Positions 20,868-31,270 of a stretch of 64,000 bases of DNA are shown piece by piece. Within the stretch, counting starts at the first letter, position 1. Each line of letters starts with the position of its first letter. The notes beneath the pieces are model-generated. The model ran no database searches. It saw nothing but the letters and a program-made list of their open reading frames with translations, and had not been told where the DNA came from. The stretch is from Tagaea sp. (GTDB lineage Bacteria > Pseudomonadota > Alphaproteobacteria > CACIAM-22H2), in assembly GCA_965279525.1 (NCBI GenBank), contig CBDIIB010000004.1:480001-544000 (forward strand), given 5' to 3'. Position numbers and translations under genes: made by a program.

Positions 20868-22220
20868 CTAGCCGGCCGCGAAGATCGGGATGCCGGCAGC
20901 GACCGTGCGCAGCACGCGGCCCTGCACGAGGCGGTCGTCGAAGGCCGAGTTCTTGGATTTGGAACGCAGCTTCTTCGCGTCGACCTTCCACGGCGCTTCG
21001 GCGTCGAACAGCACGAAGTCGGCGGGCATGCCCTTGGCAAGCCGGCCTTCCTTGAGCCCGAGCAAGGCCGCCGGCCGGCTGGTGACGAGGGCGAGCGCCG
21101 CGGCGAGCGAAAGCTGGCGGTTGTGGACGAGATCCAGCGTGACCGGCAGCAGTGTCTCCAGCCCGACCGTGCCGGCAGCGGCCTGGCCGAGCGGCAGGCG
21201 CTTTGAATCCTGGTCGTGCGGCGAATGGTCCGACGCGATCGCGTCGATCGTGCCGTCGGCCAGCGCTTCGATCACCGCACGCCGGTCGGCTTCGCCGCGC
21301 AGGGGCGGCGAGACCTTGGCGAAGGTGCGGTAGTCGGCCAGCGCCAGTTCGTTGAGCGCGAAATAGTGCGGGGCGGTGTCGCAGGTGACGGCGAGCCCGC
21401 GCGCCTTCGCCGCCCGGATCGCGGCAAGTCCCTCGGCCGTCGACACGTGCGCGAAGTGCAGGCGCCCGCCGGTAAGCTCGGCAAGCCGGAGATCGCGTTC
21501 GATCTGCATGACTTCGGCCGCAGCCGGGATGCCGGGGATGCCCATGCGCGTGGCAAGTTCGCCCTCGGTCATGGCGCCGCGCGCGAGCTGCGGCTCCTCC
21601 GGGTGCTGGATGATCGGCAGGCCGAAGCTGCGCGCATATGTCAGGGCGCGACGCATCAGCTGCGCGTCGGTGATCGTGTGCGTGGCGTCGGTGAAGCCGA
21701 GTGCGCCCGACGCGGCGAGAAGGCCGAACTCGGTCATCTCCTTGCCGTTGAGGCCGCGCGTGACGGCCGCATAGGTATGCACGCGCACCAGACTGGTTTC
21801 GCGCGCGAGGCGCGCGACCGATTCCACCAGGGCCGCGTCGTCGATGACGGGACGCGTGTTGGGCAGCGCCACCATGGTCGTGACACCGCCGGCGGCAGCC
21901 GCTTCGCTGGCGGTCGAGATTGTTTCCTTGTGCTCTTCGCCCGGCTCGCGCAGCTGCACGCGCATGTCGACGAGACCGGGGGAAAGGCACTTGCCGTGGC
22001 AGTCGATCGTCTCCATGCCGTGCGGGCCGGCGGCAGCGAGCGCGCTGGCCTTGGCAAGCTGCGGGCCGATGTCCGCCACAGCACCGTCGCGCACGACGAG
22101 GCCGCCGAGCGATTCGCTCCCGCCCGCCGGATCGATCAGGCGCGCGTTCACATACGCGACCGGCGGGCCGCCGCGACCGCCCGCGGTCTTGGCGGGGACG
22201 ACACCGTGCGGGAACCTCAT
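20868..22220 (-). CDS. pyrC: Dihydroorotase-like protein, probably the inactive PyrC' subunit of ATCase
   Basis: DHOase fold (REPG, PNT, PPLR, ASDHSPH), but HxH is replaced by RVQ ([10 protein letters not shown]); overlaps the pyrB stop. Confidence 0.88.
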   Translation of the reverse strand: MRFPHGVVPAKTAGGRGGPPVAYVNARLIDPAGGSESLGGLVVRDGAVADIGPQLAKASALAAAGPHGMETIDCHGKCLSPGLVDMRVQLREPGEEHKETISTASEAAAAGGVTTMVALPNTRPVIDDAALVESVARLARETSLVRVHTYAAVTRGLNGKEMTEFGLLAASGALGFTDATHTITDAQLMRRALTYARSFGLPIIQHPEEPQLARGAMTEGELATRMGIPGIPAAAEVMQIERDLRLAELTGGRLHFAHVSTAEGLAAIRAAKARGLAVTCDTAPHYFALNELALADYRTFAKVSPPLRGEADRRAVIEALADGTIDAIASDHSPHDQDSKRLPLGQAAAGTVGLETLLPVTLDLVHNRQLSLAAALALVTSRPAALLGLKEGRLAKGMPADFVLFDAEAPWKVDAKKLRSKSKNSAFDDRLVQGRVLRTVAAGIPIFAAG

Positions 22221-23188
22221 GCCGGGCTCCCGGAGTTGGAGATGAGGTTGCGTGTGAGGAGGTCGAGGCAGGCCATGCGCACGGCCACGCCCATTTCCAC
22301 CTGCTCGCGGATCAGCGAGCGGTCGACGTCGTCGGCGACCTCGCTGTCGATTTCCACACCGCGGTTCATGGGCCCCGGATGCATGATGAGGGCGTCGGGG
22401 CTGGCAACCTCGAGCTTGTCGTAGTCAAGGCCGTAGAGGCGGAAATACTCGCGCACCGAGGGCACGAAATTGCCCTGCATGCGTTCGGTCTGCAGGCGCA
22501 GCATCATGACGATGTCCACGCCCTCCAGCCCCTTGCGCATGTCGTGGAACACTTCCACGCCCATCCGGTCGATCGCGGTCGGCATCAGCGTGGGCGGACC
22601 CACGACGCGCACGCGTGCACCCATCGTGGTCAGCAGATGGATGTTCGAGCGCGCCACGCGGCTGTGCAGGATGTCGCCGCAGATCGCCACGAGCAGGCCC
22701 TGCAGGCGCTTCTTGTGGCGGCGGATGGCGAGCGCGTCGAGCAGCGCCTGGGTCGGGTGCTCGTGCGTGCCGTCGCCCGCGTTGATGACCGCGCAGTCGA
22801 CCTTTTCCGAGAGCAGCTTGACGGCCCCTGAGTCCGGGTGGCGGACGATCAGCACGTCGGGCAGCATCGCGTTCATCGTCACGGCCGTGTCCATCAGCGT
22901 CTCGCCCTTCTTGATGGACGAGACTTCGGCCGACATGTTGACGACGTCGCCGCCCAGCCGCTTGCCGGCCAGCTCGAACGAGGTGCGCGTGCGCGTCGAG
23001 TTCTCGAAGAACAGGTTGATGATCGTGCGTCCGCGCAGCAGCGTGCTTTTGGCACCGCGCGCCCGGTTCTGCTCGACATAGGATTCGGAGAGATCGAGGA
23101 GAAGCGTGATCTCCTCGGCGGAAAGCCCTTCGATGCCCAGAAGATGGCGCGGTCGAAGTCGGCCGGTCGGAAGCGGGATGGAAGACAT
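22217..23188 (-). CDS. pyrB: Aspartate carbamoyltransferase catalytic subunit
   Basis: [42 protein letters not shown]. Confidence 0.97.
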   Translation of the reverse strand: MSSIPLPTGRLRPRHLLGIEGLSAEEITLLLDLSESYVEQNRARGAKSTLLRGRTIINLFFENSTRTRTSFELAGKRLGGDVVNMSAEVSSIKKGETLMDTAVTMNAMLPDVLIVRHPDSGAVKLLSEKVDCAVINAGDGTHEHPTQALLDALAIRRHKKRLQGLLVAICGDILHSRVARSNIHLLTTMGARVRVVGPPTLMPTAIDRMGVEVFHDMRKGLEGVDIVMMLRLQTERMQGNFVPSVREYFRLYGLDYDKLEVASPDALIMHPGPMNRGVEIDSEVADDVDRSLIREQVEMGVAVRMACLDLLTRNLISNSGSPA

Positions 23189-23319
23189 TAAAGCGGCGTT
23201 ATATCGACGCTTGGCAGGGCAGGCAAGACGCGCCGCAAAAAGCCCCGTTTTCCGGGCTCGAAACGCTTTGTTAACCTTCCTCGACGTAGCTTGCATCGTC
23301 CCTGTAAGGTGCGACTCCG

Positions 23320-23526
23320 ATGACCGTCACGTCCGGCAGCAACATCCACGTCCCCGATCCCGCACAGGTGAAGTGCGCGGAGATTCTCGACAAGCTGCTG
23401 GCGCTTTCGGCCGGCGGGTCGTCGGGCGAGCTGCCGCTGGCGGCCGCCTCGCAGCTTGCATCCGACCTCGCCAACGATCTTGCCGTATTCGACGCGCGCA
23501 TCCGCGAACTGGACGCCGCCCGCTAG
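23320..23526 (+). CDS. Small hypothetical protein (68 aa, helical)
   Basis: ORF fills the pyrB-copCD gap; AAGG upstream; stop overlaps the convergent copCD stop. Confidence 0.55.
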   Translation: MTVTSGSNIHVPDPAQVKCAEILDKLLALSAGGSSGELPLAAASQLASDLANDLAVFDARIRELDAAR

Positions 23527-25073
23527 CGGCCGCGCGGACCGACGACGAGCTCGGTCGCGTACAGGTCCTTCCTGAAATCCGTCACCAGCGCGCCGATTTC
23601 GATCTGCCACGCGCCCGCGATCGCAAGGCTCGCCTCGTCGACGCGATAATGGCCGGGTCCCATGCGCCGTGCCTTGCGCCGCAGCCCGGCGATCGCGTTG
23701 GCCCGCGACGAAAGCTCCACCTCGACCTCCAGCGGATCGAATGCCGCACCGGCCGCATCGGCGAAGTGCGCATCGAGGACCGTACCGTCGATCTCGACGA
23801 ACAGCACGCGCCCGTCGCGCGACAGGGCGATCGACGGACCTGTCCGCGCCGCGACGGCGTGGCCCGCATGCGCGTCGGGCACATGCGGCGGCGTGTGCGA
23901 AAGGATCGCCGTCGTCGCGAGAACGACCAGCACTATCGCCAGCTCGAACGCGACATTGCGCGCGAACCGCCGGCGCCCCGCCTGCAGGGCATGCAAGCGG
24001 TTATCCGCCGCAAGGCCAAGCATCAGTGCGAACGACACGCCCTTGATCGCGACCAGCAGGCCGTATTCGCTTGTCCATAACGCCTCTGCCGAGGGGACGC
24101 GCGTTGCCGCCAGGGCCAGCCCCGCGACGGAGAGACCCGCAACGCAGGCAATGCCGACACGCGAGAAACGGTCGGCAACCTTCGCAAGCGCTTCGTCCCG
24201 CCACCGCACGCATCCCCACAGCAGCGGAACGAACGCGCCGATCCAGACCAGCGCGCAAGCACTGTGGATCGCCTGCGCTGCCGGAACGAGCCAGCGCGGG
24301 CTGCCGGTCGCCGCATGGCCGGTCAAGGCCGTGCCGATCGCGATGGCGACAAGGCAAGCCATCGTCGCGGTCCGCCGGCCCGACAGGACAAGCCCGATGC
24401 CGGCCAGGATCGACAACGCCGATATCCCGGCGGATGTCGCGGCGCCGATCCGCCAGACAGCGGGATCGAGCAGGCCGGGTGCGAGTGCTACCCGAGCACC
24501 GGCAAGCCCGACACCCGCGACGGTCGCCACCCCGGCCAGCACGGCCGCGACGGCGAACGCGCGGCGCAAGTCGCCTCCGAGCGGTGGCGCGATCCAGCCG
24601 AGAAAGAACAACCCGCCGCAGCCGACGGCCAGCAGCAGGTCGCGCACGAACCGGTTCGCTTTCGCGATCCTCGACCAGAATGCGTCGAGCGCCGGATCGC
24701 CTTCGTCGGGCGGCACTTCCCCGATGCCCATGCCGACGGCGAAGACGATGCTGCCGGCGACCGGATGCGTGTCGGCGGATACCACGCGGTACGACACGAC
24801 ATAGCGCCCGTCAGCCAGCGGGGCCGGCAGATCGAACGCCACGCCGGTGTCGCCCGTCGCGTGGGCGCCTTCGGGTCCGTGCAGCGTCGTGCCCGTCGCA
24901 TCGATGACGCGCAGCGCGACCGGCACGACCGGTTCGTTGAAGCGCAGTTCGATGCGCGCAGGCGGCGACGACAGCACCGCACCGTCCGGCGGCACACTCG
25001 ACAGCAGCATCGAGTGTGCCGCCGCCTCGCCCGGCAGCAGCAGGAGCAGGAAGAGGAGGACGATGCGGCGCAT
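23523..25073 (-). CDS. Copper resistance/uptake CopC-CopD fusion protein
   Basis: Signal peptide AAA|HSMLLSSVP (mature N-terminal His), VVSADTHPVAG, CopD helices with LTGHA and AIH...WIG, C-terminal beta domain. Confidence 0.88.
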   Translation of the reverse strand: MRRIVLLFLLLLLPGEAAAHSMLLSSVPPDGAVLSSPPARIELRFNEPVVPVALRVIDATGTTLHGPEGAHATGDTGVAFDLPAPLADGRYVVSYRVVSADTHPVAGSIVFAVGMGIGEVPPDEGDPALDAFWSRIAKANRFVRDLLLAVGCGGLFFLGWIAPPLGGDLRRAFAVAAVLAGVATVAGVGLAGARVALAPGLLDPAVWRIGAATSAGISALSILAGIGLVLSGRRTATMACLVAIAIGTALTGHAATGSPRWLVPAAQAIHSACALVWIGAFVPLLWGCVRWRDEALAKVADRFSRVGIACVAGLSVAGLALAATRVPSAEALWTSEYGLLVAIKGVSFALMLGLAADNRLHALQAGRRRFARNVAFELAIVLVVLATTAILSHTPPHVPDAHAGHAVAARTGPSIALSRDGRVLFVEIDGTVLDAHFADAAGAAFDPLEVEVELSSRANAIAGLRRKARRMGPGHYRVDEASLAIAGAWQIEIGALVTDFRKDLYATELVVGPRGR

Positions 25074-25084
25074 TGCCGTTCCCG

Positions 25085-25609
25085 TCAGGGCCGCGGCGTC
25101 AGGCGCAGCGTCGGGGCAGGGAACTTGAGGCTCCCGGCACCCTGGCCGGCCGTCGGGATCTCGATCCAGCGTTCCACGCCCTTTTCGCATTCCTGCACGG
25201 TCGCGACATGGATCGTTTCGCCCGGCTTGTTGGGCAGCTGCCCGCGGAACACGAACTCGTCGTAGTGCTCGTCGAGCAGCCTGCCGCCGCTCCACACGAT
25301 CTCGCGCACGCCTTCGGTGATGCGCGCACCATGGTCGCCCGCGACGGGCGTGGGCAGCGGCCCCCGGACGGTCGAAAGCTCCCAGCCCGGCTTGGGCTGC
25401 GGCTTCACGTTGACCATGCCGTCGGGAACCTGGACGCGCAGGCGGATCATCGGCGAGCCTTCGCAGCCGTGGGGTACCCGAAGGACGGCTTTATAGGTGC
25501 TGCCGGCGACAGCCTGCGGCTGTTCGAGCGTGACGTGGGCATGGGCGGCGGTCGCGATGACGCCAAGGGCTGCGGCCGCGACGGCGACCGCACGGATCGT
25601 GAAAGACAT
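25085..25609 (-). CDS. YcnI/DUF1775 copper-binding protein
   Basis: AHA|HVTLE, RVPHGCEG, KPQPKPGW, QECEKG..RWIEIP; GGAG RBS. Confidence 0.9.
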   Translation of the reverse strand: MSFTIRAVAVAAAALGVIATAAHAHVTLEQPQAVAGSTYKAVLRVPHGCEGSPMIRLRVQVPDGMVNVKPQPKPGWELSTVRGPLPTPVAGDHGARITEGVREIVWSGGRLLDEHYDEFVFRGQLPNKPGETIHVATVQECEKGVERWIEIPTAGQGAGSLKFPAPTLRLTPRP

Positions 25610-25627
25610 GTCTCTACTCCGGTTGCT

Positions 25628-25655
25628 TGAAATCGAAAGACGGATTCGGATTTCA
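25628..25655 (-). promoter_or_regulatory. Hairpin overlapping the DUF2946 stop codon, just upstream of the ycnI RBS
   Basis: Minus strand TGAAAT-C-CGAA-TCCGTCT-TTCG-ATTTCA (6+4 bp stem, 7-nt loop). Confidence 0.55.
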
Positions 25656-26051
25656 GGCAGACAGCGGAGGGCCTCGTGGCTGGATCGGGCGGGCGAAGCC
25701 GATCGGCTCGACCGTGACGGCCGCGTTGAAATACCGGACAGGCCGGGCATCCCAGGTGACCGGCACGCAAAATTCGGCGACCGTCCGGGGAACCGGGCCC
25801 AGCGGCGGCAACTGGCACAGCGGGCACACGTCCCGGGCGTGCGTCGCAGCGGGAACGGCCGGTTCGTGATCGGTCGTGCCGCACCACGCGGACTCAAGCG
25901 CCGGCCCGCCGACGACGCCTGCAAAAGCCGGCGCGACATGCAGGACCGTCAGCCCGACCTGCAGCACGACCGCCAGCAGCCCGAGATGCAGGCCGATCTC
26001 GCGCAGCAGCGGCAGACGGAAAAACGCGAGGAGGGAGCGGGCGGGGGACAT
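25653..26051 (-). CDS. DUF2946-like (CutF/CruR-type) leader protein
   Basis: Hydrophobic N-terminus, WC, CPLCQ (CxxC), C-terminal QPRGPPLSA; directly upstream of copper genes. Confidence 0.8.
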   Translation of the reverse strand: MSPARSLLAFFRLPLLREIGLHLGLLAVVLQVGLTVLHVAPAFAGVVGGPALESAWCGTTDHEPAVPAATHARDVCPLCQLPPLGPVPRTVAEFCVPVTWDARPVRYFNAAVTVEPIGFARPIQPRGPPLSA

Positions 26052-26062
26052 CGGTCGGGTTA

Positions 26063-27289
26063 TCACACGATGCCGCGCGCACGTAAATCGGCAACAGCGG
26101 CCGTGTCGAGGCCGAGCACCTCGCCCAGCACTTCATCCGTATGCTGACCGCAGGTCGGCGGCGCCCGGCGATAGGCGGGCGGCGTCTTCGACATCTTGAT
26201 CGGGCTGGCGATCAGCGGCACGTCCACGCCGCTGGCATGCGCCATCTCGATGCGCATGCCGCGCGCCTTGACCTGCGGGTCCTCGAACACCTGCGCGATG
26301 TCGTTGACCGGCGAGCAGGGCACGCCGGCACCGGCAAGACCTTCCACCCAGTGGCGCTGCGACTTGGCGCCCGTGACCTCGTTCATGATCCGGGTCAGCT
26401 CGACGCGGTTGGCGACGCGCGCGGGGTTGGTCGCGAAGCGCGGATCGGCGGAAAGCTCGGGCCTTCCGGCAAACGCGCAGAACTTCGAGAACTGTCCGTC
26501 GTTGCCGATGGCAAGGATGACGAACCCGTCGGCACAGGCGAACACGTCGTAAGGCACGATGTTTGGATGCGCGTTGCCTTGCCGCACTGGCGTCTTGCCC
26601 GAGACGAGATGGTTGAGCCCCTCGTTGGCCAGCCACGACACCTGCGTATCGAGGAGCGCCATGTCGATATGCTGCCCTTCGCCCGTGGCATCGCGGTGGC
26701 GCAGCGAGGCGAGGATCGACACGGCCGCGTACATGCCCGTCATGATGTCGGCGATGCCGACGCCGACCTTGTAGGGGCGGCTCTCGGGCGCGCCCTGTGC
26801 CGGGCCTGTTACCGACATGATGCCGCCAAGCCCCTGTGCCAGCATGTCGTAGCCCGCGCGCGGCGCGTAGGGTCCGGTCTGGCCGAAGCCGGTGATGGAG
26901 CAGTAGACGAGCTTCGGGAACTTCTTCGAAAGCGTGGCGTAGTCGAGACCGAACTTCGCGAGATCGCCGACCTTGAAGTTCTCCGCCAGCACGTCGCACT
27001 TCGCGATGAGCCGGAGGGCCAGTTCCTGGCCCTCCTTCTTCGACAGGTCGAGCGAGATCGAGCGCTTGTTGCGGTTGGCCGACAGGTAATAGGCGCTCTC
27101 GTTCGTCGCGTTGCCGGCGGCATCGGTCACGTAAGGAGGGCCCCACTTGCGCGTATCGTCGCCGGCACCCGCCCGCTCGATCTTGATCACGTCGGCGCCG
27201 AGATCGCCCAGCAGCTGCGTGCAGGTCGGTCCGGCGAGGATGCGGGTAAGGTCGAAAACTCGGATTCCGTCGAGCGGCAAGGCGGGCAT
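26063..27289 (-). CDS. CaiB/BaiF family III CoA-transferase
   Basis: DLTRILAGP, LGADVIKIE, NRNKRSI, SITGFGQTGPY, GIAD. Confidence 0.93.
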   Translation of the reverse strand: MPALPLDGIRVFDLTRILAGPTCTQLLGDLGADVIKIERAGAGDDTRKWGPPYVTDAAGNATNESAYYLSANRNKRSISLDLSKKEGQELALRLIAKCDVLAENFKVGDLAKFGLDYATLSKKFPKLVYCSITGFGQTGPYAPRAGYDMLAQGLGGIMSVTGPAQGAPESRPYKVGVGIADIMTGMYAAVSILASLRHRDATGEGQHIDMALLDTQVSWLANEGLNHLVSGKTPVRQGNAHPNIVPYDVFACADGFVILAIGNDGQFSKFCAFAGRPELSADPRFATNPARVANRVELTRIMNEVTGAKSQRHWVEGLAGAGVPCSPVNDIAQVFEDPQVKARGMRIEMAHASGVDVPLIASPIKMSKTPPAYRRAPPTCGQHTDEVLGEVLGLDTAAVADLRARGIV

Positions 27290-27410
27290 TCGGGACCATC
27301 GTGTCTGGGGGTGGGGCGCAAATCTGCCGACTTGAAGGCGTATTCGCAACAACCGTCTCGCGACAATGTTTCGATTGTCGGCGCACGGGCCGACCGCGAA
27401 AGTGGCCGGC

Positions 27411-28193
27411 ATGGACCTTCCGGCCGATCCGCTGTTCTACGTCGTGGGCTACGCGACGGTCTTCGTCATCTCGTTCCTGAAGGGCGGATTCGGCGGCGGG
27501 TTCGCCACGCTCGGCATCCCGTTCCTTGCATTCGTCATGGATCCGCTCGAAGCGGCTATCGTCATGGCGCCGATCGTGGCGCTGCAGGATGTGTTCGCGA
27601 TCCGGGCCTACCCGCCGCGTACGTGGAGCATGCCGAACCTGAAGCTGCTGGCACCGGCATTGCTGATCGGGCTGTGCATCGGGTTCCTGGCGTTCGTCTA
27701 TGTCGACCAGCGCCTCATCGTGCTGGCCATCGCGGCGATCACGCTGGTCTTCACGGGGCGCTGGTTCTGGGCACGCCTGCGCCCGGCATCCGGCCCGCCG
27801 CCGGCCGCGACCAAGCCGGCGCTCGGTCCGGCACTGCTGTGGGGCTCGATGTCGGGATTCACGACGTTCGTGGCACACTCGGGCGGACCGCCGCTGCAGA
27901 TCTACCTGCTACGCCAGAAGCTCGACAAGACCGTCTATGCCGGAACGGTCACCGCGTTCTTCGCGATGGGCAACATCCTGAAGATCGGTCCCTATGTGTG
28001 GCTCGGCCTGGGCGAACCGCACACGCTGTGGATTGCCGCCGTGCTTGCACCCGCGGTGCCCGTCGGCGTGATGCTCGGCCGGCGCTGGCACGACAGGATC
28101 GAGGCTGAGCGCCTGTACCTCATCTGCTACATCCTGCTGTCGCTCGCCGGACTGAAGCTGCTCTATGACGGGATCAGCGGCTTCCTGCGCTGA
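27411..28193 (+). CDS. Sulfite exporter TauE/SafE family membrane protein
   Basis: KGGFGGG, SGFTTFVAHSGGPP, multiple TM helices. Confidence 0.88.
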   Translation: MDLPADPLFYVVGYATVFVISFLKGGFGGGFATLGIPFLAFVMDPLEAAIVMAPIVALQDVFAIRAYPPRTWSMPNLKLLAPALLIGLCIGFLAFVYVDQRLIVLAIAAITLVFTGRWFWARLRPASGPPPAATKPALGPALLWGSMSGFTTFVAHSGGPPLQIYLLRQKLDKTVYAGTVTAFFAMGNILKIGPYVWLGLGEPHTLWIAAVLAPAVPVGVMLGRRWHDRIEAERLYLICYILLSLAGLKLLYDGISGFLR

Positions 28194-28509
28194 GCAGCAG
28201 GCGCAGGCTGCGCACCCGCACGTCGACCGGCAGCACGCCCGGCCTTCCGTCGGGCTCGCCGAGTGCCACGCGGCGCCCGTCGGGCAGAAGGCACGTCACG
28301 TCGGTGCGCGGCAGCGCGTCGGGCGCGGCATCGACCCGGCATTCCAGAAGCTGGCCCGCCTTCAGCGCGCCGGCATCGCGTTGCAGTTCCACCTGCCAGC
28401 GGGCCCCGAAACCGAAGCCGTCGCTCGCGGTCACGGCGACGGGCACGTCGGCGACCTGTGCGGCGGCGGCATTGGCCAGCAGCAGGCTAGTCCACGCCAA
28501 GTGCCGCAA
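28174..28509 (-). CDS. Hypothetical secreted protein (TTG start)
   Basis: Signal-peptide-like start MRHLAWTSLLLANAAAAQ; fills the gap between tauE and the antiporter, overlapping both slightly. Confidence 0.45.
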   Translation of the reverse strand: MRHLAWTSLLLANAAAAQVADVPVAVTASDGFGFGARWQVELQRDAGALKAGQLLECRVDAAPDALPRTDVTCLLPDGRRVALGEPDGRPGVLPVDVRVRSLRLLLSAGSR

Positions 28510-30067
28510 GGCGCATCTCCTCGAGGTCGACTTCGCGCATCAGCTTGTGCAGCACGTCGTCACCGATCTCGCGCTCGCGGCGCAGTTTCAGCAGGCGGCG
28601 GCGCTCGACATTGACGATCTCGAGACGCACGCGCCGCGCCTGACGGCGGGCGTGCTCGAGTTCGCGGTGCTCCTGCGTGGGCTCGTCGGGGCGCAGGCGG
28701 TTCTGGTACGACGTGCGCAGGGCAGGGGCGATTTCCAGCGCGACGAGATCGAGCTCCGCGACCCGTTCGATCTCGGCCAGTGCGGCGTGGACCATCTTGC
28801 GCCGGGCCATCTCTTCCTCGATCTCGGCATTGCGGTCGCCGCCGACCTTCAGCCACTTGATGAGGGGACCGAGCGTCGTGCCCTGCACGATCAGCGTGGC
28901 GAAGATCACCGCGAAGGAAAGGAACACGACGAGATCGCGCGCCGGGAACGGCGTGCCGTCGTGCGACGTCAGCGGGATCGCGAGGGCGGCCGCAAGGCTG
29001 ACCACGCCGCGCATGCCGGTCCAGCCGACGATCAGGGTCCAGCCCGGCGGCGGAACGCCTTCGCGCTCGCGCACCGACGCGAACAGCGTCGGCAGATAGG
29101 CGTTCGGGAACACCCAGACGAGCCGGATCGCGATTGCCGCCAGCGAGATGGCACAGGCCCACCACAGCAGCTGGTCGAGATCGTAGCCCGCCAGGCGCGA
29201 CAGGATGCCGTCGAGCTGCAGGCCGATCAGGATGAAGACGATCGCGTTGAGGAAGAAGACGACGGCGCTCCATACCATCTGGCCCTGCACGCGCGCCTCG
29301 GCGGAGAAGAACTCGGGCGCGTGCCAGCCCACGACGAGACCGGCGACGACGACGGCGAGCACGCCCGAGACGTGCACCATCTCGCCGCCGAGAAAGGCGC
29401 CGAAGGCAACGACGAACGTGAAGGCGATCTGCAGCAGCGTCTCGTGGATGCGCTTCATGATCCAGACGGCGGCCTCGCCGACCCCCCATCCAAGTGCGCA
29501 GCCGCCGACGGCATAGACGACGAACGTGCCGGCAGCCTCGACGGCGGAGAACGTGCCGGAGAGTGCCGCGGCAAGCGCGAACTTGTAGAGGACGAGTCCC
29601 GTCGCGTCGTTGACGAGGCTCTCGCCTTCGAGGATCGCGACGATGCGCTTGGGCAGGCGCAGCTTTTCAAGGATCGCGGCGGCGGCGACAGCATCGGGCG
29701 GCGAGACGATGGCGCCCAGCAGGAAGGCGATCGCCCACGGCACTTCGGGCACCAGCCATTTGAAGACGAGGCCCACGCCCAGCGTGGTCGCGAGCACGAG
29801 GCCGATGGCCAGCAGGAGGATCGGCCGCAGGTAGAAACGGAAATCGCGCCACGAGGTGAAATAGGCGGCCGAGAACAGCAGCGGCGGCAGGAACAGCGCC
29901 ATCGCCAGCTGCGGATCGAAACCCAGTTCGGGCAGGCCCGGCACGAACGCGAGTGCCATGCCGGCGATCACGAGCAGCACCGCATAGGGAATGCGCAGGG
30001 CTTCCGAAAAGTGCGCCAGCAGGATGGCGACGACCAGCATGGCCAGCACGACTTCCAGAAGAGCCAT
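28487..30067 (-). CDS. Na+/H+ antiporter, CPA1 family
   Basis: LFLPPLLF, SPPDAVA, LEGESLVNDA, GMRGVVSLAAA. Confidence 0.93.
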   Translation of the reverse strand: MALLEVVLAMLVVAILLAHFSEALRIPYAVLLVIAGMALAFVPGLPELGFDPQLAMALFLPPLLFSAAYFTSWRDFRFYLRPILLLAIGLVLATTLGVGLVFKWLVPEVPWAIAFLLGAIVSPPDAVAAAAILEKLRLPKRIVAILEGESLVNDATGLVLYKFALAAALSGTFSAVEAAGTFVVYAVGGCALGWGVGEAAVWIMKRIHETLLQIAFTFVVAFGAFLGGEMVHVSGVLAVVVAGLVVGWHAPEFFSAEARVQGQMVWSAVVFFLNAIVFILIGLQLDGILSRLAGYDLDQLLWWACAISLAAIAIRLVWVFPNAYLPTLFASVREREGVPPPGWTLIVGWTGMRGVVSLAAALAIPLTSHDGTPFPARDLVVFLSFAVIFATLIVQGTTLGPLIKWLKVGGDRNAEIEEEMARRKMVHAALAEIERVAELDLVALEIAPALRTSYQNRLRPDEPTQEHRELEHARRQARRVRLEIVNVERRRLLKLRREREIGDDVLHKLMREVDLEEMRLAALGVD

Positions 30068-30116
30068 TTTTCCCCGCTTTGACGACGGCGCCCGGTCGCG
30101 CCACACTCACGAAACC

Positions 30117-30743
30117 ATGTCCGACCGCATCGATTCAATGCTCGATTTTCTCGTCCTCGCCGACCGGTTCAAGACCGTCGAGCGCCGGGCCTTCATCGCC
30201 GACGGTTCGCGGCGCGAGAATTCGGCCGAGCACAGCTGGCACATGGCGCTGTGCGCGATCCTGCTCGAGACGGAAATAGGCTTTCCGGTCGATCTGGGGC
30301 GTACGCTGTCGATGGTGCTCGTCCACGATCTGGTCGAGATCTACGCGGGCGACGCCTTCGCCTACGACGCGGCCGCCCGCGAAGCGGCGGTCGCCAAGGA
30401 AGAGGCGGCGGCAAAGCGCCTGTTCGGCAGCCTGCCCGCCGATCTCGGCGGCCGGCTCGAAGCGCTGTGGCGCGAGTTCGAGGCCCACGAGACACCCGAA
30501 GCGCGCCTTGCCTATGCCTGCGACCGGCTGCAGGGCTTCCTGCAGGTCTATATCTCGGACGGCAAGTCGTGGGTGGAGGCCGGCGTGACACTGGAGATGA
30601 CGCGCAAGCGCACCGCCCCCGCGCGCGGCACCGACCCGCGCATCGAAGCGGTCGTCGAGCGGATCTACGAGCGCATGGCCAAGCGCGGCTTCTGGGACGC
30701 GAGCGGCACTGCCGTCGGTGCCGGCAAGGGCATCGTGCCGTGA
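30117..30743 (+). CDS. HD-domain phosphohydrolase (HDDC2/YfbR-like)
   Basis: RENSAEHSW, VHDLVEIYAGD, LWREFE, DRLQ. Confidence 0.88.
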   Translation: MSDRIDSMLDFLVLADRFKTVERRAFIADGSRRENSAEHSWHMALCAILLETEIGFPVDLGRTLSMVLVHDLVEIYAGDAFAYDAAAREAAVAKEEAAAKRLFGSLPADLGGRLEALWREFEAHETPEARLAYACDRLQGFLQVYISDGKSWVEAGVTLEMTRKRTAPARGTDPRIEAVVERIYERMAKRGFWDASGTAVGAGKGIVP

Positions 30744-31270
30744 CCGCCGCGATCGACCTTCGCCTGCACACGGTCCGCCAGCTCTTCCAGAGCTTCGATC
30801 CGGCCCCGTTCCACGACAAGGACCTCGATCCGGCGGCGGTCGCCTACATCGTCGCGCGCGCGAAGGAGCAGCCTTCGGACACGGCCCTGACGATGACGGT
30901 CGAAGTGCCGGCCGGCGACGCCGAAGCCGACGGGCTGCCGACGGCTATCCGCGGCTATTTCGAATGGCGCGAGGAGATGGCCTGGCGCGAGATGCGCGAG
31001 CGGCTCGCCGAAGGAAGGCGCGCGATCTTCGTCGGCATCGCGTTCCTCGCCGTCTGCGGCATCGCGCGCGAACTTCTGGTCCTTCAGACGGACGGACCGT
31101 GGTTCGGCTGGATCGGCGAGGGGCTGACGATCATCGGCTGGATCGCCATGTGGCATCCGGTCGACATCTTCCTCTATCGCTGGTGGCCGATCCGGCGCGA
31201 GGCGATCATCTATCGCCGGCTGGCGGCGATGGAGGTGCGCGTGCTCACTCGGCCGCCTTCGGCCGCTTGA
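30740..31270 (+). CDS. Conserved-type hypothetical membrane protein
   Basis: GTG overlaps the HD gene stop; QLFQSFDPAPFHDKDLD N-terminus and two TM helices (EGLTIIGWIAMWHP). Confidence 0.75.
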   Translation: MTAAIDLRLHTVRQLFQSFDPAPFHDKDLDPAAVAYIVARAKEQPSDTALTMTVEVPAGDAEADGLPTAIRGYFEWREEMAWREMRERLAEGRRAIFVGIAFLAVCGIARELLVLQTDGPWFGWIGEGLTIIGWIAMWHPVDIFLYRWWPIRREAIIYRRLAAMEVRVLTRPPSAA

